From: Eledone cirrhosa
Taxonomy: Eukaryota
Length of the DNA stretch: 64,000 nt
Direction of reading: 5' to 3'
Assembly (NCBI GenBank): GCA_964016885.1
Contig: OZ024742.1
Span: forward strand, 223,448,001 to 223,512,000
A program made the translations under genes and the position numbers. Numbering within the stretch: position 1 is the stretch's first letter; each line of letters starts with the position of its first letter. Of this stretch, positions 13,830-25,735 are shown piece by piece. The notes beneath the pieces are model-generated. The model saw nothing but the letters and a program-made list of their open reading frames with translations. It was not told the origin of the DNA and searched no databases.

Positions 13830-15094
13830 ATTCTGAACTGTGAATGGATTACAACCTCCAGATTCAGTAATCTGTACGAAAACTACGTGGCGGACATGTA
13901 AATAACATAGATGTCATTGACAGTTTTAGCCATGAGTTTTCTATATATTCTACAGAAATTTTCACTCACTCTAATAAACCCACTTATTATTGTAACCTTA
14001 TCTGCTTTTCCTTCACTCTGCCATAGGTAATTCTGGAAGCGGAGTTCTCTATATACACTTTCTGTCTATGTGACGGGATAGCCATCACGATTTACATTTA
14101 CTGTGTTATAATTGTATCGGCCATACAATGAATTTCACTTGGGACGTTGGGTTGAGTGACCGAACGTGAGGATTTTGGGGGATGGCAGTTATTGCGGACC
14201 TGTCGTATTTTCAATTTACTCACTGGTATGCTGGCTGTACATAAACACTACCTTTCTTCAACTCATCGTACTTTATTTTATTTTAGATTTTAGGTGTTTA
14301 TCGCAGACCACCTATGCGGATAAATCCCCTGGGTATATGTTTTGGAAACATAGTGTTATCTCGCCTAACGCTCAGAACTGGAACCAATGGATGTTGTTCG
14401 TAGGGTGCTGATATGATACGGAGAATCGACCTGTTACAAGGAGATATAACTGGAGTACACCATCCTTCCTATAGACAATCCTACATGTAAAGCTGCACCA
14501 CCGCTAACCAACTATCCTTCTCGCAGACTCATGCTTGCAAGCTCCCTTAATCTGCCTGTACACCCTGTATTTGCACTGCTTGTGCTTTGATGTATCTATG
14601 CTTTGCTTCGTTTTTTTTTTTGTTGTTTTATTGTTTTTCTTATTGTTTTTGATCATGCTGAGTAACACCTTCACTCATTCCTTGCTACCCTCTCCCAACC
14701 CCCTTATCATCTATTGCACCATTTATGTGATCAATTTTTGATGTAATTTTTGATGTAATTTTTAATGACATTTTATGACATTATATGCATCATGTATTGT
14801 GTCTTTTTCTATATAGCGCTGGTCCTTTAACCTTGTTCTGGTGACGCAGCTTGATGGAGCATGCAACTATTGATATACTCTTGTTTATAGGCTCTGATGA
14901 TTCCTGCCATAGGGTATGGATGAAACACTGTTAGCTAATAAAACAATGTATTTCTAAGCACTCTTTGGTTATTCCTAAAATTATAACGGCTCTGTAGTAT
15001 ACTAGTTATCCTACATTGAGCTAAAACCACACTGTCATACCAAGGGCAATATATCTGCGTGTCTGGGCACATTGATATACTTGTCAACAAAACT
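13830..15094 (+). mobile_element. Probable Penelope-like pseudo-LTR / non-autonomous fragment
   Basis: Contains a hammerhead-like motif immediately followed by AATAAA and ends at a (TA)n run. No recognisable ORF. Left boundary uncertain. Confidence 0.4.
14890..14936 (+). ncRNA. Type I hammerhead ribozyme-like motif
   Basis: ggct-CTGATGA-ttcctgccatagggtatggat-GAAAC-act-GTT-agct. Stem I ggct/agct. Stem II has a T-T mismatch at its base. Confidence 0.6.
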
Positions 15095-15108
15095 ATATAT
15101 ATATATAT

Positions 15109-17128
15109 AAGAAGAGACCCTACCCCACGTAGACCCTATAGAGGGACCAGCAGTACAAGTCAGCGGCAGCGTAGTAAGTAAGGCAATCAGAGATATGAAG
15201 ATAGGGAAGGCAACCGGTCCATCGGGTATAGCTGCCGAGATGCTGAAGGCATCTGGGTCTGTAGGTCACACTATAACCACACGTATCGTTAACCAGGTAA
15301 TACTAGAGGGGGCCATACCAAAAGATTGGTGCAGTAGCATCATTGTCAACTGCTACAAAGGTAAAGGCGATGCACTAGATAGAGGAAACTATAGAGGTAT
15401 AAAGTTGATGGACCAGGTCATGAAAGTAACAGAAAGAGTTATAGCACAGCTGATTAGGGACCGGGTGAATATAGACGAGATGCAATTTGGGTTTGTACCA
15501 GGGAAAGGCACCACTGATGCGCTCTTCCTTGTGAGGCAATTACAGGAAAAGTACCTAGCTAAAAGTAAGCCACTCTACTTGGCATTTGTCGACCTTGAGA
15601 AAGCCTTTGACAGAGTTCCACGTGCAGTAATCTGGTGGGCTCTTAGAAAACTAGGAGTAGATGAATGGCTTGTGAAAGCGGTACAAGCCATGTATAGGGG
15701 AGCAGTCAGCAAAGTTAGGATTGGCAATGAGTATAGCGAGGAATTTAGCGTACAGGTTGGGGTCCACCAGGGCTCTGTTCTTAGCCCTCTCCTGTTCATC
15801 ATAGTCCTGCAGGCAATAACGGAGGAGTTTAAGACCGGATGCCCATGGGAACTCCTGTATGCTGATGACCTCGCACTCATAGCTGAATCTATGGTAGAAC
15901 TAGAGAATAAATTCCAAACCTGGAAGCAGGGACTAGAGAGAAAGGGCCTCAAAGTCAACATGACAAAGACTAAGGTCCTTATAAGTAGACGAGAAAACAG
16001 AACCCAGATCCCCTCAGGGAAATGGCCTTGCTCAGTATGTAGGAAAGGTGTAGGTAGGAACTCCATTCTTTGCCCCAAATGCAAACAATGGGTACACAAG
16101 AGATGTAGCGGGATCTCAGGAAGCTTAATTAAGAATGTAGGATTCACATGCAGCAGCTGTGCTGAAACAGCAAGCAAACAGCCACAGGAAACAAGTACCA
16201 CCAATCTCTGGGAGGGCCCTGTAGAAACAGTAGACAGCTTCTGCTACCTAGGTGACCGAATTAGCAACGGAGGTGGGTGCTCAGAAAGTACAATAACTAG
16301 GGTAAGAACGGGATGGAAGAAGTTTAGGGAACTACTACCACTGCTAGCTGCAAAAGGCTTCTCCCTCAGAATGAAAGGCAGACTGTATGATGCGTGTATC
16401 CGAACAGCGATGTTGCATGGTAGTGAGACCTGGGCGCTGAAGGTGGAAGACTTACGTAGATTAGAGAGAAACGAAGCCTGCATGCTCCGATGGATGTGTA
16501 ACAGTAATATACGTGAACGACAAAGCATAAATGAATTGAGAGAGAGACTGAGCATAAGAGGAATCAAATGCTGCGTGCAGGAGAGGCGGTTACGCTGGTA
16601 TGGACATGTGATGCGTATGAAGGATGACAGCTGCATAAAAAGGTGCAGAGCACTAGAAGTTGATGGAAACCGCGGAGTGGGGAGACCCAAGATGACTTGG
16701 GATGAGGTGATAAAAGCCGACCTTACCCAACTACACCTCTCAAAGTCAATGACACACGACCGTGACTTCTGGCGTCACGCAGTAATACAGGGTACCCGAC
16801 CTCCCATGGGTACATGCTGAAGCATATAAACAATATGCCCCCCCCCCCCCCCACCGCAAGGTGGTCGTGGAGGTGCCACGGCAAAAAAGCACCCAGCCCA
16901 CACTGTAAAGTGGACGTGTAGGCGCCACGAAAAAGCACCCAGCACTCACTGTAAATGAGGTTGGTGTTAGGAAGGGCATCCAGCTGTAGAAATCAAGCCA
17001 GATCAGTTCCTGTATGAGCAAGGCATGGTCAGCCGACCAGACACTGCCCACAACAGGACAACCCGTCTAACCCATGCTAGCGTGGAAGAACGGACGTAAA
17101 ACGGTGATGATGATGATGATGATGATGA
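15109..17128 (+). mobile_element. Young, 5'-truncated RTE-clade LINE
   Basis: Open RT ORF, 3' UTR with gcacccagc...ctgtaaa repeats, terminal cccatgctagcgtggaagaacggacgtaaaac followed by (GAT)n. Confidence 0.95.
15195..16820 (+). CDS. RTE reverse transcriptase (541 aa, endonuclease domain absent) with internal PHD-like finger
   Basis: Motifs NYRGIKL, QFGF, FVDLEKAFD, GVHQGSVLSPLLF, LLYADD, FCYLG, RRLRWYGHVMR. C4HC3 cluster at 16029-16160. Confidence 0.9.
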   Translation: MKIGKATGPSGIAAEMLKASGSVGHTITTRIVNQVILEGAIPKDWCSSIIVNCYKGKGDALDRGNYRGIKLMDQVMKVTERVIAQLIRDRVNIDEMQFGFVPGKGTTDALFLVRQLQEKYLAKSKPLYLAFVDLEKAFDRVPRAVIWWALRKLGVDEWLVKAVQAMYRGAVSKVRIGNEYSEEFSVQVGVHQGSVLSPLLFIIVLQAITEEFKTGCPWELLYADDLALIAESMVELENKFQTWKQGLERKGLKVNMTKTKVLISRRENRTQIPSGKWPCSVCRKGVGRNSILCPKCKQWVHKRCSGISGSLIKNVGFTCSSCAETASKQPQETSTTNLWEGPVETVDSFCYLGDRISNGGGCSESTITRVRTGWKKFRELLPLLAAKGFSLRMKGRLYDACIRTAMLHGSETWALKVEDLRRLERNEACMLRWMCNSNIRERQSINELRERLSIRGIKCCVQERRLRWYGHVMRMKDDSCIKRCRALEVDGNRGVGRPKMTWDEVIKADLTQLHLSKSMTHDRDFWRHAVIQGTRPPMGTC

Positions 17129-19289
17129 AGTGCATATGATATATAACAGGATATATCAATTGAGAAACAATCTAGTATTTTGTACATATACACAGAACAA
17201 ATAATATGTAAATTTAAATACATACTCCTAGATGTTAAAAAGGTATATACTCTCAGAGAAAGAACTGTTTCTGGAAATCAAAAAAAAAGAAATGTAAACT
17301 TTTGATCACAGTAATTAGTATCAATCACCAATTATCACTCTGAACTGAAATTTATTGAGTTTTGTACAGAGAAACATTAGGAGTATACATTTTATATGTA
17401 TTGATTAAACCTAAAATTAGCTTATATATATATATATATGGAGAGAGAGAGGGGGGATTTAAATGGCATTAATATGTCATGCCATATAATAGGAAACAAA
17501 ATAAATATTTAACTGTGATGCTAATAACTTTTTCTGTAAATGGGAATTAAATCTTTAAAGATCTCTTATAATAATACCCCCACCTACAACCCAAATCATA
17601 TTCATCTAGAAAATATTTTTTTGCTTTGTAAACAGAGAATTTAAAAAATGTATTTACCCCTTTGTCCAGCATGGAACATAAACTGAATACAAGTGAAATT
17701 CTTTCTAAAAAAAACTTTCTTGTAATAATAATAATAATACACAGAGAGGAAGAAAGCTATTCTGAATAGAAAGAACATTTTATGATTTTACTAAGTAGGT
17801 TAACCAGTTTGTTTGTAGTAGAAAGCAAAGCAAGATAGCTTTTTGAAGCAAGTAGTAGACAAGTAGACTAAATAAAAGAAGCTTGTATCAACAATATTTG
17901 ACAACAGCTGGATTTGGCAGGTCAGTCCTAAATACTTAAAAATCATTTGTGTGTGACAAACCCTGTACTCCAGTGCCCACTGCCTTTTCTGCAGGCTAGC
18001 AAACAAACAGTACATTTTTCTGCCATGAAAATCTCAATCATTAATAACTTTTACATTCAGTAAAAGATCTGTCAATACACTGTTTAATGTCAACAAGTTG
18101 AGTGATAATCCGCTTAACTATTGGCCCATTTTTTTGTTTTTTGTGTGTGCAGGTGGCATGGCTGTGTGGTTAAGGAGTTTGCTTTGAAACCATGTAGTTT
18201 CAGGTTCAATCCCACTGTGTTGAACCCCCTTCTACTATAAACTCCATTTGATCAATGCCTCCATCATCATTATTTTTACGTCAATTTTTCCATACTGGCA
18301 TGGGTTGAATGAAATGTTTTGAGACAATGATTTACAACTGATGCCCTTCCTGATGCCAACCCCTCTTTTCGCCTCTTACAATATACCATTGTGTATATAT
18401 ATTCAACCAGATGAAGCAATTCAGCTGAAACTTTAGAGCCACTGCCTCTTTTCTTTTCAGAAAATAGAATTTATATTCTGGTATTTTACTCCCATTGTGT
18501 ATGTTCCCATGTCTATGTTTATCTTTGTGCCAGCATTTATATCTCATAACTTAACAATTCAATAAAAATAGATGGATAAGATAAGTACCAGACTTAAAAA
18601 ATTAGTACTTGGGTCAATATGATTAACAAAATCAAAGCAATGTCCCAGCAGAGCTGCAGTCTAATTCTCATAGTTTCTTTCTTTGCACATCTAGATTATG
18701 AAATTCTCTTTCAGCTTCTTCCTTTCTTGACCACTACAATTTTCAAAATTTCAAGGGCGACATCAATCATCATCTCTCTCCTTGAATTATGTTCTGTCAG
18801 TAGCCCCTTCCCAGTAACCCCTTGCATTTTAGTGGCTTTATTGTGTTGCTTTGGATGAGTAAAGAGAAAAGAAAAAAAAGTAAAAGAACAGGGAAGAATA
18901 GGGAAATAGTATTGGTGTTTCAGTTTTGAGGATGTGCATTGAACATCGGTCATTTCTGAGAACCACTTGAGATAATCAACTAAACAGCCTGTTTGTGAAA
19001 TTAACATGCAAGTGGTCAAGCATTCCACAGACATTTGTATCTTTTATATAATTCTCAAGGAGATTTGGCATGACAGTGTGTAACAAGGCTGGCCCTTAGC
19101 TGGCTCATTTTTTCCAGCTAGGTGAACTGGAGCAATATGTGCACTTAATATAGTTCTCAGGGAGATTTAGCATGTCACAGTATGTGATGAAGCTGGTCCT
19201 TTGAAATATAAGTACAACTCATTTTTTTGCCAGCTAAGTGGACTAGTGCAACATAAAATAAAGTGTCTTGTTCAAGGGCCCAACACACC

Positions 19290-19446
19290 CTCGGACGCCA
19301 TGCTTTCCAGCATAGTTACGTCCCTTTATGGTCTGAGTTCAAATCCTGCCGAGGTTCACTTTGCCTTTCATCCTTACGGGGTCGATAAAAAAGTACCAGT
19401 AATGCACTGGGTAATTGCTGGCCTTGTGCCAAACGTAGAAACAATT
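19290..19446 (+). mobile_element. SINE (Meta-like), with a second copy on the minus strand at about 19625-19800
   Basis: Same central domain and tail as the 4528 copy. Confidence 0.8.
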
Positions 19447-20985
19447 AATGACTTTTTATATTCATAAAAGATCTGTCAATACATTATTTAATGTCAACAA
19501 GTTGAGTGATAAGAAGCTTTGTTATTGGTAGAGAGAGAGAGAGGGAGAGAGAGGGGGAGTGTGTGTATGTGTGCATGTGTGCTCATGTGTTTTGTAAGGG
19601 GGGAAAGCATACATAATTACATAACTGTTTCTACTTTTGGCACAAGGCCAGCAATTATACTAGTGCATTACTGGTACTTTATTTTATCGACCCCGTAGGG
19701 ATGGAAGGCAAAGTTAACCTCGGCAGGATTTGTACTCAGAATGGCAAGGGCTATAACTCTATGTGTCAAAGCATGGTGTCCGATCCTCTACCAATATTGC
19801 CAATAATTAATTGCTGATGTTTCAGTTTCCAGGTATTCTTTTGTTGGTTTCAGTCAGACTGTGACCATGCTGGGGCATTGCCTTGAATGATTTAGTTGAT
19901 TATACATATGCTTACATTGCTATATGCAGAAGATGTACAACATACACAAACAGGTTTATCCCTGGATATGGAACCAGTAGAAAATATTAAAAATCAAATT
20001 TATAAACAATACAATCTTGAATCACTTATAATACTAATTAAAGTATGTCCCAAGACCATAGGCTCATCAGATATGAGCTTATCCTGGTTTCATTAGTGTT
20101 AAACCAATCTGCAGCAAGGTTAACTCTGCTGGTACTCATTTTTTTCAGCTGAATGAACTGCAGCAACATGATATGAAGTGTCTAACTCTAGGACATAGTA
20201 CATCACTTTTTCATGCTGACATGAGCTGGATGAGACATTTTTGAAGCAGGTTTTATGGGTATATACCACTGATCTTTGTCAAACGGCTTAGCTACTGCTT
20301 ATGTAGGATGAGCTCTGTCAGTTTAAAATGTCCAAGACTAACAATTGTGTCATGACTGCAGCCCTATGACTCCATCAGGAGTTCAGGCTCTATGGTATAT
20401 AGATATTTATGCAAGCATAGAAAATAAATGTTAAATGGTGGTGTTGATTCACACACATGCACAAACACAGGGCTGCAGAGTCTCACTCTACCAAATTCCA
20501 CCTATAAGGCGTTGGTCAACCAAAGCATATATACATTTCCCAAAAGTGTTATGTAGTAGTATTGATGTCAGAACCACATGGTTGGTTGCAAAATGAACTC
20601 TTTAACCCTACAGCCATGGTTATGAGCTTATGAATACAAACAAATACTAGTGATTTCCTCTATAAACATAAGGTCTCCCATTGATAACAGAAAAAAATGA
20701 GATTAGGTGGCTTACATAGTGTATTATTAGTTGGGGATTTTGGCCAGCTTTGAGTCAATAACATCAATCAGAACAATATTTCTAAAGTAACCAAATATAT
20801 TATTGAAACTTCTATTATAGCTTTTTCTAATATATTTTAGTGGCAAACATACACACATATATAGATGCTAGTGATCATACATATTATGCTACATCCACAT
20901 ACATATACAAAAATATACTAAACTATAGGGAACAGGTTTGGGGGAGATTAAGTGAAAGTCAAACAAAAAATCAATACATAGACAT

Positions 20986-21046
<61 letters not shown>

Positions 21047-22094
21047 GAGAGAGAGTAAGAATGTGATACAGAGAGAAATCATGCCAACATGGAAAAAATG
21101 GATGCTATATGATAATAATGATATAAATATAATATATAAATATAGAGAGAGATTTGAATATATATATATATATATGCATAATATTGCAATTTTATACATA
21201 TAGAGAGGGAGAATATTAGACATATTGCCAAAGGGACAATATAACGCACTACAATAGAGATAAAAATACATACAAATGCGTATATATATATATACACAGG
21301 TGCTTGTACAAATAAATTTTAAAAAACAATCAATACAATGTGAAAGTTGAGAATATTTCTATTTTCATATGTGTTAACAAGGCCAACTCTTTAAATGCAT
21401 TCTGAATAAGAAAACCTTTTGCTAAAATGAAATGAAATTTACAGCCCACACCTAGTTGCCCCACATAGGAGGTTTCTTTAGTGTTTTAATGATAGGCACC
21501 CCAGCTCTATGACGAAAAACAAAATGAAATGGAGTGTCTCGCTCAAGAACACAGCAAACCGCCCAGTCCAGGAATCAAACTCACAACCTTATGATTGTGA
21601 GACAAATATCCTAACCACTACATCATATGCCATCATAAAAAAACTTCTTAGCTGTACAGCAACGTCTGTGCCTTCTGTGAAATAATTGATTTTAAATTTA
21701 GACATTTCAGCTTTTCTTAACAAGGTAAAATGATGATGGCCTAGTATTCAATAGGATTCAAACATTTATGATATCTTTACAGTGAACAGATTTTTGTGAA
21801 CATTTTCAGTAAGATAAAGACTATGATGCAGATGTAGTACTATTTTGTACATTTCAAGAATGTCTTGTTAATGTGTTTACATTTGGTTTGTTAATTCAAA
21901 TATTTATAGTATCTTTACTACTGGACAGACTGCTTTGAAAATTTGCAATATTGAAGGCTTCAATTTTTCATTTGATGTAATCATAGTGTTGTTTTATACT
22001 TTTCAAGAATGTTTTGTTAATGAGATTTCATGTAGTTACTTAATTCAAATGTTTATTGATCTTTACTAGTGAACAATGTAAAGACTTTCATTTT

Positions 22095-23395
22095 CAAAGA
22101 GACCATACCCCAAGTGGACCCAACAGAGCACCCAGCTGTACAAATCAGCAGTGTAGTAAGTAAGGCAATTAAGGATATGAAGATGGGAAAGCAGCCGGTC
22201 CATTGGAGATAGTTACTGAGATGCTGAAAGTGTCTGGGTCCTCCCTTAACCACCTGTATTGTAAACCAAGTAATACTAAATGGTGTCATACTGAATGATT
22301 GGCACAGCAGCATCATTGTCAATTACTACAAAGGTAAAGGAGATGCACTAGATAGAGGAAAATATACAGGTAAGTTGATGGACCAGGTCATGAAAGTAAC
22401 AGAAAGAGTTATAGCACAGCTGGTTAGGGACCAGGTTAACCTAGATGAGATGCAGTTCGGTTTTGTGCCAGATAAAAGTACCACAGATGCTCTCTTCTTT
22501 GTGAAGCAGCAACAGGAGAAGTACCTAGCTAACAGTAAGTTGCTCTACTGGGCATTTATTGATTTGGAGAAGCTTTTGACAGAGTCCTCCATGCCATAAT
22601 CTGGTAGGCTCTTAGAAAATAGATGAGTATCTTGTGAAAGCTGTACAAGCCATGTATAGTGAAGCAGTCAGCAAAGTTAGGATTAACGACAACTATAGTG
22701 AGGAATTTAGCATGCACGTTGGCATCCACCAGGGCTGTTCATAGCCCTCTCCTGTTTATTATTGTTCTGCGAGCTATAACAGAGGGGGTTAAAGACTGAC
22801 TGACCATGGGAACTCCTGTATGTGGATGATCTTACACTTATAGATGAATCTATGGCAGAATTAGAGGAGAAATTCCAAACTTGGAAGCATGGCCTAGAAA
22901 CAAAGGGTCTTAAAGTCAACCCAACAAAGACTAATGTTCTAGTAAGTAGAAGGGAAAACAGAGTCCTGATCCCCTCAGGGAAATGGCCTTGCTCACTATG
23001 TAAGCAAGGTGTTGTATATAGAAATTCCATCCTCTGTCCCAAATCAAAACTATGGGAGTTAAGAATGTAGGTTTTTACATGTGGCCATTACACAGGAGCA
23101 GTAAGCAGCAAACAACCACAGAAAATAAGTGCTATCAAATTCTGGGAAGGTTCCATAGAAGCAGTAAACAGTTTCTGTTACTTGGGTGACCAGATTAATG
23201 GCTTTTCCATGAAAATGAAGCGCAGAATGTATGTATACAAACAGCAACGTTTCATGTTAGTGAGGCCTGGGTACTGTGTACAGAGGACCTGCGAAGATTG
23301 GAAAGAAATTAAGCTTGCATGCTTCGATGGACGTGTAATAGCAATATACATGAATGACAAAGTGTGAATGAACTGAGAGAGATTGAGTTTAACAA
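22095..23395 (+). pseudogene. Degraded RTE RT fragment
   Basis: MDQVMKVTERVIAQL, QFGFVP, KWPCSLCK pieces with stops and frameshifts. Confidence 0.9.
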
Positions 23396-23608
23396 AAACA
23401 CACATCAAGAACATTGACATTATTGATTCACGTCTCCTGTAACTTTACCAAAATCGACAGTTGGTGATTGATGATCGATTGCTTAGATCGATTTTAGTTA
23501 TGGTTTCTAGAATCACGAAATGGTACCATAAGAAAAGAACGTTTTCCACTTTGAAGTAAATATTATGTGCTTTATGAGTGTACAAAATACTATGTGTTTC
23601 TCTCAAAT

Positions 23609-23693
<85 letters not shown>

Positions 23694-23709
23694 TAAAATA
23701 ACAGATTAA

Positions 23710-23760
23710 AGTTTAAGCAAAGAATCGCTGCTTTCACCCTTAACGGGATCTTCTGAAACT
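23710..23760 (-). ncRNA. Degenerate hammerhead-like motif
   Basis: Minus strand: agttt-CAGAAGA-tcccgttaagggt-GAAA-gcagcgattctttg-CTT-aaact. Stems I and III pair. Core U4 is changed to A. Lies next to a (TC)n(TA)n run. Confidence 0.5.
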
Positions 23761-24026
23761 AACAAAGTCGATCTGTAAACGCAGAACTGGATATTTCAAA
23801 AAACGTTGCAACCGGAGGAAGACAGGAAGACGATACTTTGGTTCATGGAAACGTTCGTTGGCAAAGAACGGGAAAAATCGAATAATACGTCATTAATAGG
23901 AGCGGTGAAAAACAATTACGCGCAAAGACAGAACCACGTTTATGGTATAAAAGAGGTCGTAGACTAATGTTCTCTTAGGTGGTGCATAGAGACGTTCTCT
24001 GGCAATGAACGAAAAAACGAAGATAA

Positions 24027-24797
24027 TACGTTTTACACCCGTTCTTCCACTAGCATGGGTTAGACGGGTTGTCCTGTTGTAGGCAGTGTCCGGTCGGCTG
24101 ACCTTGTCTTGCTCATACGGGAACTGATTCTGGCTTGATTTCTACAGCTGGATGCCCTTCCTAACACCAACCTCATTTACAGTGAGTGCTGGGTGCTTTT
24201 TTCCGTGGTGCCTACACATCCACTTTCCAGTGTGGGCTGGGTGCTTTTTTGCCATGGCACCTCCACGATCACTTTGCAGTGGGAGGAGGTCGGGGCATAT
24301 TGTCTATATGTTTCAGCTTCGGTGTGTACCCGTGGGGGGTCTTCTATATTACTGCGTGACGCCAGAGGTCACGGTCATGTGTCATTGTCTTTGAGAGGTG
24401 TAATTGGGTAATGTTGGCTTTTATCACCTCATCCCAGGTCATCTTGTGTCTCCCCACTCCGCGGCTCCCATCGACTTCTAGTGTTCTGCGCCTTTTTATG
24501 CAGCTGTCATCCTTCATACGCATCACATGTCCATACCAAAGCAACCGCCTCTCCTGCACACAGCAATTGATTCCTCTTATGCTCAGTCTCTCTCTCAATT
24601 CATTTATGTTTTGCCATTCGCATATATTACTATTACACATCCATCGGAGCATGCAGGCTTCGTTTCTTTCTAATCTACGTAAGTCTTCCACCTTCAGCGC
24701 CCAGGTCTCACTACCATGTAACAGTGCTGTTCGTATACACGCATCATACAGTCTGCCTTTCATTCTGAGGGAAAAGCCTTTTGCAGTTACTCCCTGA
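24027..24797 (-). mobile_element. RTE 3' fragment, same subfamily as the 15109 copy
   Basis: ORF 24344-24763 is nearly identical to the C-terminus of the 15195 ORF. 3' UTR present. Confidence 0.93.
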
Positions 24798-24866
24798 ACT
24801 TATATATATATACATATATATAGTGAAAAGGTAACAAGGACGATTGGTTATTCCTTCATAACATTT

Positions 24867-24952
24867 GGTGATGCGCGTTTCGCTACTGATCAGCTCAAGG
24901 TTCGATCTGTATCGATCTTACCCGACTCTGTAATCTGCGGCTCGTCGGACCC
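24867..24952 (-). ncRNA. Degenerate hammerhead-like motif in a short (TA)n-flanked segment
   Basis: Minus strand: ggt-CCGACGA-gccgc...gtagc-GAAACGCGC-ATC-acc. Segment lies between TA runs at about 24801-24822 and 24959-24993. Confidence 0.5.
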
Positions 24953-24963
24953 CTTGATTATAT

Positions 24964-24994
<31 letters not shown>

Positions 24995-25137
24995 TTAAAG
25001 GTTAAACAAGGTTCAATGAATAAATCAAAGAATGAGTTTTACAATAGATTGGAAGCACTCAACAAGAATGGTTTTCCGGAGTTATTAATATTAATTCAAA
25101 AAATTAACAAAAATAGACATTCGTGTGATCAAGTATA

Positions 25138-25200
25138 TTTTATTATACATATTTCAGAGGTACTGAGCTAACTTCAACAGTACGTCCTCATCAGATAAAA
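25138..25200 (-). ncRNA. Type I hammerhead ribozyme with intact core, in the inverted pseudo-LTR
   Basis: Minus strand: TTTTAT-CTGATGA-ggacgtactg(loop)cagtacctct-GAAA-tatgt-ATA-ATAAAA. Stem I 6 bp; stem II 9 of 10 pairs; short near-palindromic stem III. Confidence 0.8.
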
Positions 25201-25735
25201 TAAGATGATGCATGACATACCCTGACATAGTAGATGGTTAAGATTCAGTCATGGTAGTGAATAAGATATGACAAAACTCAATATTTATATACCTTAAGAT
25301 TGAGACATGAAAAAATTTACATATAATACAGAGAGTGCATGTGGGAAATCTTAAAAATACATAATAGAAATTTACATAACTGTTAGAGATTCAAATAATT
25401 TAAATTATTGAAAAAAGAAGAAAGAAGAAAGACAGAGAGAAACAGATGAGGAGAAAATATAGTTACTAGAAGTATAGAAAGCAAAAGAGAATTGATCAAG
25501 GATAGAGAGACAAGGAGTAATAATTTTTATAGTATAAAGCATAGTGAGGGAGGATTGTATTGTCGTGGATGAATAGGGTGTGATTAGATAATGCAAAAAT
25601 AATATATATCTATACAAACACATGAATATACATTTAGGCATATCTTTGTGAAGGAGTAAACTCGAATCTTTGAATTATTGAATTATCTAGAAGTATCCAT
25701 CAATCTAAATGTTAAATATATCTGGGTGTAATTAT

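Noticed and set aside
15575-16690. Long antisense ORFs
   Set aside because: Shadows of the RTE RT frame.
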